From NCBI RefSeq assembly GCF_023055435.1, contig NW_025963780.1, positions 46,252,001-46,316,000 of the forward strand: a stretch of DNA of 64,000 nt, in the 5' to 3' direction. This document shows positions 13,301 to 25,300 of the stretch, piece after piece. Below the pieces are notes generated by a model, which was not told where the DNA came from, searched no databases, and worked only from the letters and a program-made list of their open reading frames with translations. Each line of letters begins with the position of its first letter. The first letter of the stretch is position 1. The position numbers were made by a program, and so were the translations under genes. The DNA is from Haliotis rufescens (lineage: Eukaryota).

Positions 13301-16300
13301 TGTGACTGAGTGATAGAACATTGCAGAGGTTGATATCGGTGATATTGGCTGGATGGTGACTGGCTGAAAGAATATGCAGGGTTTGATAATGGTGGAATTT
13401 GCCTGGATTGGGACTGGCTGATAGAACAATGGAAGGGTTTATGTTGGTGGGATTGGCTGGATTGTGACTGGCTCGTAGAAAAATGCAGGTGATATATAAT
13501 AAAAGAATTGGCTGGATGTTGACTGGGTGAAAGAATAACGCAAGGGTTGATATTGGTGGAATTGGCTGGATTGTGACTGACTGATAAAACATTGCAGAGG
13601 TTGATATTGGCGGAATTGGCTGGATGGTGACTGACTGACAGTACAATGCGGGTGTTAATATTGGTGGAATTGGCTGGATTGTGACTGACTGATAGAACAA
13701 TGCGGGGGTTAGTATTGGTGGAATAGGCTGGATTGTGACTGAGTGATACAACATTGCAGGGGTTGATATTAGTGGAATTGGCTGGATGGTGACTGAGTTA
13801 TAGTACAATGCGGGTGTTATATTAGTGGAATTGGTTGGATTGTGACTGACTGATAGAACAATGCGGGGGTTAATATTTGGTGGAATTGGCTGGATGGTGA
13901 CTGAGTGATACAACATTGCAGAGGTTGATATTGGTGGAATTGGCTGGATGGTGACTGAGTGATACAACATTGCAGAGGTTGATATTGGTGGAATTGGCTG
14001 GATGGTGACTGAGTGATACAACATTGCAGAGGTTGATATTGGTGGAATTGGCTGGATGGTGACTGAGTGATAGAACATTGCAGAGGTTGATATTGGTGGA
14101 ATTGACTGGATTGTGACTTACTGATAGAACATTGCCGAGGTTTATGTTGGTGGAATTGGCTGGATTGTGACTGAGTGATAAAACATTGCAGAGGTTGATA
14201 TTGGCGGAATTGGCTGGATTGTGACTGACTGATTGAACATTGCCGAGGTTTATATTTGTGGAATTGGCTGGATGGTGACTGAATGATACAACATTGCAGA
14301 GGTTGATATTGGTGGAATTGGCTAGATGGTGAATGGCTGAAAGAATATGCAGGGTTTGATATTGGTGGAATTGGCTGGATTGTGACTGACTGATAGAACA
14401 TTCCAGAGGTTGATATTGGTGGAATTGGCTGGATTGTGACTGAGTGATACAACATTGCAGAGGTTGATATTGGTGGAATTGGCTGGATTGTGACTGAGTG
14501 ATACAACATTGCAGAGGTTGATATTGGTGGAATTGGCTAGATGGTGAATGGCTGAAAGAATATGCAGGGTTTGATATTGGTGGAATTGACTGGATTGTGA
14601 CTTACTGATAGAATATTGCCGAGGTTTATATTGGTGGAATTGGCTGGATGGTGACTGAGTGATAAAACATTGCAGAGGTTGATATTGGTGGAATTGGCTG
14701 GATTGTGACTGACTGATACAACATTGCAGAGGTTGATATTGGTGGAATTGCCCAGGAATGTGACTGAGTGATACAACATTGGAGAGGTTGATATTGGTGG
14801 AATTGGCTAGATGGTGAATGGCTGAAAGAATATGCAGGGTTTGATTTTGGTGGAATTGGCTGGATTGTGACTGACTGATAGAACATTGCAGAGGTTGATA
14901 TTGGTGGAATTGGCTGGATTGTGACTGAGTGATACGACATTGCAGAGGTTGATCTTGGTGGAATTGGCTGGATTGTGACTGAGTGATAGAACATTGCAGA
15001 GGTTGATATTGGTGGAATTGGCTGGATGGTGACTGAGTGATAGAACATTGCAGAGGTTGATATTGGTGGAATTGGCTGGATTGTGACTTACTGATAGAAC
15101 ATTGCCGAGGTTTATGTTGGTGGAATTGGCTGGATTGTGACTGAGTGATAAAACATTGCAGAGGTTGATATTGGTGGAATTGGCTGGATTGTGACTGACT
15201 GATTGAACATTGCCGAGGTTTATATTTGTGGAATTGGCTGGATGGTGACTGAGTGATACAACATTGCAGAGGTTGATATTGGTGGAATTGGCTAGATGGT
15301 GAATGGCTGAAAGAATATGCAGGGTTTGATATTGGTGGAATTGGCTGGATTGTGACTGACTGATAGAACATTGCAGAGGTTGATATTGGTGGAATTGGCT
15401 GGATGGTGACTGAGTGATACAACATTGCAGAGGTTGATATTGGTGGAATTGGCTAGATGGTGAATGGCTGAAAGAATATGCAGGGTTTGATATTGGTGGA
15501 ATTGACTGGATTGTGACTTACTGATAGAACATTGCAGAGGTTGATATTGGTGGAATTGGCTGGATTGTGACTGAGTGATACAACATTGCAGAGGTTGATA
15601 TTAGTGGAATTGGCTGGATTGTGACTGAGTGATAGAACATTGCAGAGGTTGATATTGGTGGAATTGGCTGGATGGTGACTGAGTGATAGAACATTGCAGA
15701 GGTTGATATTGGTGGAATTGGCTGGATTGTGACTTACTGATAGAACATTGCAGAGGTTTATGTTGGTGGAATTGGCTGGATTGTGACTGAGTGATAAAAC
15801 ATTGCAGAGGTTGATATTGGTGGAATTGGCTGGATTGTGACTGACTGATTGAACATTGCCGAGGTTTATATTTGTGGAATTGGCTGGATGGTGACTGAGT
15901 GATACAACATTGCAGAGGTTGATATTGGTGGAATTGGCTAGATGGTGAATGGCTGAAAGAATATGCAGGGTTTGATATTGGTGGAATTGGCTGGATTGTG
16001 ACTGACTGATAGAACATTGCCGAGGTTGATATTGGTGGAATTGGCTGGATTGTGACTGAGTGATACAACATTGCCGAGGTTGATATTGGTGGAATTGGCT
16101 GGATGGTGACTGAGTGATACAACATTGCAGAGGTTGATATTGGTGGAATTGGCTAGATGGTGAATGGCTGAAAGAATATGTAGGGTTTGATATTGGTGGA
16201 ATTGACTGGATTGTGACTTACTGATAGAATATTGCCGAGGTTTATATTGGTGGAATTGGCTGGATGGTGACTGAGTGATAAAACATTGCAGAGGTTGATA

Positions 16301-19300
16301 TTGGTGGAATTGGCTGGATTGTGACTGACTGATACAACATTGCAGAGGTTGATATTGGTGGAATTGCCCTGGAATGTGACTGAGTGATACAACATTGGAG
16401 AGGTTGATATTGGTGGAATTGGCTAGATGGTGAATGGCTGAAAGAATATGCAGGGTTTGATTTTGGTGGAATTGGCTGGATTGTGACTGACTGATAGAAC
16501 ATTGCAGAGGTTGATATTGGTGGAATTGGCTGGATTGTGACTGAGTGATACAACATTGCAGAGGTTGATATTGGTGGAATTGGCTGGATTGTGACTGAGT
16601 GATACAACATTGCAGAGGTTGATATTGGTGATATTGGCTGGATGGTGACTGGCTGAAAGAATATGCAGGGTTTGATATTGGTGGAATTGGTTGGATTGTG
16701 ACTGACTGATAGAACAATGCGGGGGTTTATATTAGTCGAATTGGTTGGATTGTGACTGACTGATAGAACAATGCGGGGGTTAATATTTGTGGAATTGGCT
16801 GGATGGTGACTGAATGATACAACATTGCAGAGGTTGATATTGGTGGAATTGGCTAGATGGTGAATGGCTGAAAGAATATGCAGGGTTTGATATTGGTGGA
16901 ATTGGCTGGATTGTGACTGACTGATAGAACATTGCCGAGGTTGATATTGGTGGAATTGGCTGGATTGTGACTGAGTGATACAACATTGCAGAGGTTGATA
17001 TTGGTGGAATTGGCTGGATTGTGACTGAGTGATACAACATTGCAGAGGTTGATATTGGTGATATTGGCTGGATGGTGAATGGCTGAAAGAATATGCAGGG
17101 TTTGATATTGGTGGAATTGGTTGGATTGTGACTGACTGATAGAACAATGCGGGGGTTTATATTAGTCGAATTGGTTGGATTGTGACTGACTGATAGAACA
17201 ATGCGGGGGTTAATATTTGTGGAATTGGCTGGATGGTGACTGAGTGATACAACATTGCAGAGGTTGATATTGGTGGAATTGGCTAGATGGTGAATGGCTG
17301 AAAGAATATGCAGGGTTTGATATTGGTGGAATTGGCTGGATTGTGACTGACTGATAGAACATTGCCGAGGTTGATATTGGTGGAATTGGCTGGATGGTGA
17401 CTGAGTGATACAACATTGCAGAGGTTGATATTGGTGGAATTGGCTGGATTGTGACTGAGTGATACAACATTGCAGATGTTTATATTGGCGGAATTGCCTG
17501 GATTGTGACTGGCTGGTAGAACAATGAAGGTTGTATATAATAAAGGAATTGGCTGGATGGTGACTGGCTGAAAGAACATTGCACAGGTTGATATTGGTGG
17601 AATTGGCTGGATTGTGACTGAGTGATACAACATTGCAGAGGTTAGTATTGGTTGAATTGGCTGGATTGTGACTGAGTGATACAACATTGCAGAGGTTGAT
17701 ATTGGTGGAATTGGCTGGATGGTGACTGGCTGAAAGAATATGCGGGGTTTGATATTGGTGGAATTTGTCTGGATTGTGACTGACTGATAGAACAATGCGG
17801 GGGTTAATATTGTCGAATTGGCTGGATTTTGACTGACTGATAGAACATTGCAGAGGTTGATATTGGTGGAATTGACTGGATGGTGACTGCCTGAAAGAAC
17901 TATGCGGGGTTAATATTTGTGTAATTTGTCTGGATGGTGACTGCCTGAAAGAACTATGCGGGGTTAATATTTGTGTAATTTGTCTGGATTGTGACTGGCT
18001 GACTGTGACTATAACTGTGTATGACTGTCATTTACTGTGTGTGACTGTCATTATAGATAGTTATAACTGTATATGACCGCCATTTTAGATTGTTATAACT
18101 GTGTCTGTCTGTATGACTGTCATTTACTGTGTGTGACTGTCATTATAGAGAGTTATAACTGTGTGTGACCGTCATCATAGATAGTTATAACTGTATATGA
18201 CCGCCATTTTAGATTGTTATAACTGTGTCTGTCTGTATGACTGTCATTTACTGTCATTTACTGTGTTTGACTTTCATTATAGTTAGTATTAACTGTGTAT
18301 GATTGACATTATAGTTAGTATTAACTGTGTAACTGTCATTATAGATAGTTATAACTGTGTATGACTGTCATTATAGATAGTAGTAACTGTGTATGACTGT
18401 CATTATAGACAGTATTAACTCTGTATGACTGTCACTATAGAAAGTTATAACTGTGTATGACTGTCATTATAGATAGTACTAACAGTGTATGACTGTCATT
18501 ATAGAAAGTTATAACTGTTTACGATTGTCATTTACTGTGTTTGACTGTCATTATAGACAGTATTAACTGTGTATGACTGTCATTTACTGTGTTTGACTGT
18601 CATTATAGATAGTTATAACTGTATATGACTGTCATTATAGATAGTATTAACTGTGTAACTGTCATTATAGATAGTTATAACTGTGTATGACTGTCATTAT
18701 AGATAGTATTAACTGTGTATGACTGTCATTATAGATAGTATTAACTGTATATGACTGTCACTATAGAAAGTTATAACTGTGTTTGATTGTCATTAGAGAC
18801 AGTATTAACTGTCTATGTCTGTTATTAGAGATACTTATAACTGTGTATGACTGTCATTCACTGTGTTTGATTGTCATTATAGATAGTTATGACTGTGTGA
18901 CTGTCATTAGAGATAGGTATAACAGTGTATGACTCTCATTATAGATATTATGACTGTATATGACTGTCATTATAGATAGTTATAACTGTGTATGACTGTC
19001 ATGATAGTTAGTATTAACTGTGTATGACTGACATTATAGATAGTTATGACTGTGTAACTGTCATTATAGATAGTTATAAATGTGTATGACTGTCATTATA
19101 GTTAGTATTAACTGTGTATGACTGACATTATAGATAGTTATGACTGTGTAACTGTCATTATAGATAGTATTCATTGTGTATGACTGACATTATAGTTGGT
19201 ATTAACTGTGTATGACTGACATTATAGATAGTTTTAACTGTGTATGACTGTCATTTACTGTGTGTGACTGACATTATAGATAGTTATAACTGATGATGAT

Positions 19301-22300
19301 TGTCTTTATAGATAGTTTTGACTGTGTAAGACTGTCATTATAGATAGTTATGACTGTGTATTACTTTCATTATAGATAGTTATGACTGTGTAGGACTGTC
19401 ATTGTAGCTAGTTATAACTGTGTAGGACTGTCATTATAGATAGTATCAACTGTGTATGACTGTCACTATAGATAGTATTAACTGTGTATGACAGTCATTT
19501 ACTGTGTTTGACTGTCATTATAGATAGTTATGACTGTGTGTGACTGTCATTAGAGATAGTTATAATTGTGTATGACTGTCATTATAGATAGTTATAACTG
19601 TGTATGACTGTCAATATAGATAGTTATAACTGTGTATGACTGTCATGATAGATAGTTATACCTGTGTATGACTTTCAATATAGATAGTTATAACTGTGGA
19701 TTTCTGTCATTATAGATAGTTATATCTGTGTATGAATGTCATTATGGATAGTTATAATTGCGTATGACTGTCGTTAACTGTGGTTGATATAGTGATAGTT
19801 AGTTTTAACTCTTTATGAAAATGAGTGAGTTGGGTTTTACAGAATATTAGTTTTATCGCGGCGTGTCAGCTTATTGTGGGAGGAAAGCCCGAGGTGGTGC
19901 AGGTCTCAGCTTATTGTGGGAGGAAAGCCCGAGGTGATGCAGGTCTCAGCTTAGTGTGGGAGGAAAGCCCGAGGTGATGCAGGTCTCAGACGTTTACTTC
20001 GGATTCGAACCTACAGTCATAGGTTTCCGGCGTGTCCAAGGGACGCAACTCTGCACAGCGAATCGCCGCGCCTTAGACACGTGGGCCACCCGTGTCCCCT
20101 CTTTATAACAGTCATTAATAGTTGGTGATAAAGCTAGAAAGTGATTTATGGTGTATGGTTGTCTTTAACTGTCCTCCACTGCTGGTTAGTGATTGCATGT
20201 CATTGTGGAAGACAATCGTTACCAGTGTGGCCCGTGAAGATCCGGGGTAGAATAGGTCTTCAGCAACCCATGCTTGGCGTAACAGGCGACTATGCTTGTT
20301 GTAGGAGGGGACTATGCTTGTTGTAGGAGGCGACTATGCTTGTTGTAGGAGGCGACTATGCTTGGCGTAACAGGCGACTATGCTTGTTGTAGGAGGCGAC
20401 TATGCTTGTTGTAGGAGGCGACTATGCTTGTTGTAGGAGGCGACTATGCTTGTTGTAGGAGGCGACTATGCTTGTTGTAGGAGGCGACTATGCTTGTTGT
20501 AGGAGGCGACTATGCTTGTTGTAGGAGGCGACTATGCTTGTTGTAGGAGGGGACTATGCTTGTTGTAGGAGGCGACTATGCTTGTTGTAGGAGGGGACTA
20601 TGCTTGTTGTAGGAGGCGACTATGCTTGTCGTAGGAGGCGACTATGCTTGTTGTAGGAGGCGACTATGCTTGTTGTAGGAGGCGACTATGCTTGTTGTAG
20701 GAGGGGACTATGCTTGTTGTAGGAGGGGACTATGCTTGTTGTAGGAGGGGACTATGCTTGTTGTAGGAGGCGACTATGCTTGTTGTAGGAGGGGACTATG
20801 CTTGTTGTAGGAGGGGACTATGCTTGTTGTAGGAGGCGACTATGCTTGTTGTAGGAGGCGACTATGCTTGTCGTAGGAGGCGACTATGCTTGTCGTAGGA
20901 GGCGACTATGCTTGTTGTAGGAGGCGACTATGCTTGTCGTAGGAGGCGACTATGCTTGTTGTAGGAGGCGACTATGCTTGTCGTAGGAGGCGACTATGCT
21001 TGTCGTAGGAGGCGACTATGCTTGTTGTAGGAGGCGACTATGCTTGTTGTAGGAGGCGACTATGCTTGTTGTAGGAGGCGACTATGCTTGTTGTAGGAGG
21101 CGACTATGCTTGTTGTAGGAGGCGACTATGCTTGTTGTAGGAGGCGACTATGCTTGTTGTAGGAGGGGACTATGCTTGTTGTAGGAGGCGACTATGCTTG
21201 TTGTAGGAGGGGACTATGCTTGTTGTAGGAGGCGACTATGCTTGGCGTAACAGGCGACTATGCTTGTTGTAGGAGGGGACTATGCTTGTTGTAGGAGGCG
21301 ACTATGCTTGTTGTAGGAGGGGACTATGCTTGTTGTAGGAGGCGACTATGCTTGTTGTAGGAGGGGACTATGCTTGTTGTAGGAGGGGACTATGCTTGTT
21401 GTAGGAGGCGACTATGCTTGGCGTAACAGGCGACTATGCTTGTTGTAGGAGGGGACTATGCTTGTTGTAGGAGGCGACTATGCTTGTTGTAGGAGGCGAC
21501 TATGCTTGTTGTAGGAGGCGACTATGCTTGTTGTAGGAGGGGACTATGCTTGTTGTAGGAGGCGACTATGCTTGTTGTAGGAGGCGACTATGCTTGTTGT
21601 AGGAGGCGACTATGCTTGTTGTAGGAGGCGACTATGCTTGTTGTAGGAGGCGACTATGCTTGTTGTAGGAGGGGACTATGCTTGTTGTAGGAGGCGACTA
21701 TGCTTGTTGTAGGAGGGGACTATGCTTGTTGTAGGAGGCGACTATGCTTGGCGTAACAGGCGACTATGCTTGTTGTAGGAGGGGACTATGCTTGTTGTAG
21801 GAGGCGACTATGCTTGTTGTAGGAGGGGACTATGCTTGTTGTAGGAGGCGACTATGCTTGTTGTAGGAGGGGACTATGCTTGTTGTAGGAGGGGACTATG
21901 CTTGTTGTAGGAGGCGACTATGCTTGGCGTAACAGGCGACTATGCTTGTTGTAGGAGGGGACTATGCTTGTTGTAGGAGGCGACTATGCTTGTTGTAGGA
22001 GGCGACTATGCTTGTTGTAGGAGGCGACTATGCTTGTTGTAGGAGGGGACTATGCTTGTTGTAGGAGGCGACTATGCTTGTTGTAGGAGGGGACTATGCT
22101 TGTTGTAGGAGGGGACTATGCTTGTTGTAGGAGGGGACTATGCTTGTTGTAGGAGGCGACTATGCTTGTTGTAGGAGGGGACTATGCTTGTTGTAACAGG
22201 CGACTATGCTTGTTGTAGGAGGGGACTATGCTTGTTGTAGGAGGGGACTATGCTTGTTGTAGGAGGGGACTATGCTTGTTGTAGGAGGGGACTATGCTTG

Positions 22301-25300
22301 TTGTAGGAGGGGACTATGCTTGTTGTAGGAGGCGACTATGCTTGTTGTAGGAGGGGACTATGCTTGTTGTAGGAGGCGACTATGCTTGTTGTAGGAGGCG
22401 ACTATGCTTGTTGTAGGAGGGGACTATGCTTGTTGTAGGAGGGGACTATGCTTGTTGTAGGAGGCGACTATGCTTGTTGTAGGAGGCGACTATGCTTGTT
22501 GTAGGAGGCGACTATGCTTGTTGTAGGAGGGGACTATGCTTGTTGTAGGAGGGGACTATGCTTGTTGTAGGAGGCGACTATGCTTGTTGTAGGAGGGGAC
22601 TATGCTTGTTGTAGGAGGCGACTATGCTTGTTGTAGGAGGCGACTATGCTTGTTGTAGGAGGCGACTATGCTTGTTGTAGGAGGCGACTATGCTTGTTGT
22701 AGGAGGCGACTATGCTTGTTGTAGGAGGCGACTATGCTTGTTGTAGGAGGCGACTATGCTTGTTGTAGGAGGGGACTATGCTTGTTGTAGGAGGCGACTA
22801 TGCTTGTTGTAGGAGGCGACTATGCTTGTTGTAGGAGGCGACTATGCTTGTTGTAGGAGGCGACTATGCTTGTTGTAGGAGGCGACTATGCTTGTTGTAG
22901 GAGGCGACTATGCTTGTTGTAGGAGGGGACTATGCTTGTTGTAGGAGGCGACTATGCTTGTTGTAGGAGGGGACTATGCTTGTTGTAGGAGGCGACTATG
23001 CTTGTTGTAGGAGGGGACTATGCTTGTTGTAGGAGGGGACTATGCTTGTTGTAGGAGGCGACTATGCTTGTTGTAGGAGGCGACTATGCTTGTTGTAGGA
23101 GGGGACTATGCTTGTTGTAGGAGGCGACTATGCTTGTTGTAGGAGGCGACTATGCTTGTTGTAGGAGGCGACTATGCTTGTTGTAGGAGGGGACTATGCT
23201 TGTTGTAGGAGGGGACTATGCTTGTTGTAGGAGGCGACTATGCTTGTTGTAGGAGGGGACTATGCTTGTTGTAGGAGGGGACTATGCTTGTTGTAGGAGG
23301 CGACTATGCTTGTTGTAGGAGGCGACTATGCTTGTTGTAGGAGGCGACTATGCTTGTTGTAGGAGGGGACTATGCTTGTTGTAGGAGGGGACTATGCTTG
23401 TTGTAGGAGGCGACTATGCTTGTTGTAGGAGGGGACTATGCTTGTTGTAGGAGGCGACTATGCTTGTTGTAGGAGGGGACTATGCTTGTTGTAGGAGGCG
23501 ACTATGCTTGTTGTAGGAGGCGACTATGCTTGTTGTAGGAGGGGACTATGCTTGTTGTAGGAGGCGACTATGCTTGTTGTAGGAGGCGACTATGCTTGTT
23601 GTAGGAGGCGACTATGCTTGTTGTAGGAGGGGACTATGCTTGTTGTAGGAGGCGACTATGCTTGTTGTAGGAGGGGACTATGCTTGTTGTAGGAGGGGAC
23701 TATGCTTGTTGTAGGAGGGGACTATGCTTGTTGTAGGAGGCGACTATGCTTGTTGTAGGAGGGGACTATGCTTGTTGTAGGAGGCGACTATGCTTGTTGT
23801 AGGAGGCGACTATGCTTGTTGTAGGAGGGGACTATGCTTGTTGTAGGAGGCGACTATGCTTGTTGTAGGAGGGGACTATGCTTGTTGTAGGAGGCGACTA
23901 TGCTTGTTGTAGGAGGCGACTATGCTTGTTGTAGGAGGGGACTATGCTTGTTGTAGGAGGGGACTATGCTTGTTGTAGGAGGCGACTATGCTTGTTGTAG
24001 GAGGCGACTATGCTTGTTGTAGGAGGCGACTATGCTTGTTGTAGGAGGGGACTATGCTTGTTGTAGGAGGGGACTATGCTTGTTGTAGGAGGGGACTATG
24101 CTTGTTGTAGGAGGGGACTATGCTTGTTGTAGGAGGGGACTATGCTTGTTGTAGGAGGGGACTATGCTTGTTGTAGGAGGGGACTATGCTTGTTGTAGGA
24201 GGGGACTATGCTTGTTGTAGGAGGGGACTATGCTTGTTGTAGGAGGGGACTATGCTTGTTGTAGGAGGCGACTATGCTTGTTGTAGGAGGCGACTATGCT
24301 TGTTGTAGGAGGGGACTATGCTTGTTGTAGGAGGCGACTATGCTTGTTGTAGGAGGGGACTATGCTTGTTGTAGGAGGCGACTATGCTTGTTGTAGGAGG
24401 GGACTATGCTTGTTGTAGGAGGCGACTATGCTTGTTGTAGGAGGGGACTATGCTTGTTGTAGGAGGCGACTATGCTTGTTGTAGGAGGCGACTATGCTTG
24501 TTGTAGGAGGGGACTATGCTTGTTGTAGGAGGCGACTATGCTTGTTGTAGGAGGGGACTATGCTTGTTGTAGGAGGCGACTATGCTTGTTGTAGGAGGGG
24601 ACTATGCTTGTTGTAGGAGGCGACTATGCTTGTTGTAGGAGGCGACTATGCTTGTTGTAGGAGGGGACTATGCTTGTTGTAGGAGGGGACTATGCTTGTT
24701 GTAGGAGGCGACTATGCTTGTTGTAGGAGGGGACTATGCTTGTTGTAGGAGGCGACTATGCTTGTTGTAGGAGGGGACTATGCTTGTTGTAGGAGGGGAC
24801 TATGCTTGTTGTAGGAGGCGACTATGCTTGTTGTAGGAGGGGACTATGCTTGTTGTAGGAGGGGACTATGCTTGTTGTAGGAGGGGACTATGCTTGTTGT
24901 AGGAGGCGACTATGCTTGTTGTAGGAGGGGACTATGCTTGTTGTAGGAGGCGACTATGCTTGTTGTAGGAGGCGACTATGCTTGTTGTAGGAGGCGACTA
25001 TGCTTGTTGTAGGAGGCGACTATGCTTGTTGTAGGAGGGGACTATGCTTGTTGTAGGAGGCGACTATGCTTGTTGTAGGAGGGGACTATGCTTGTTGTAG
25101 GAGGCGACTATGCTTGTTGTAGGAGGGGACTATGCTTGTTGTAGGAGGGGACTATGCTTGTTGTAGGAGGCGACTATGCTTGTTGTAGGAGGCGACTATG
25201 CTTGTTGTAGGAGGGGACTATGCTTGTTGTAGGAGGCGACTATGCTTGTTGTAGGAGGGGACTATGCTTGTTGTAGGAGGGGACTATGCTTGTTGTAGGA

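Noticed and set aside
128-17795. Other long repeat ORFs (374, 409, 795, 626 aa etc.)
   Set aside because: Translations of intronic tandem arrays that rotate through frames; no domain content apart from the CA exons annotated.
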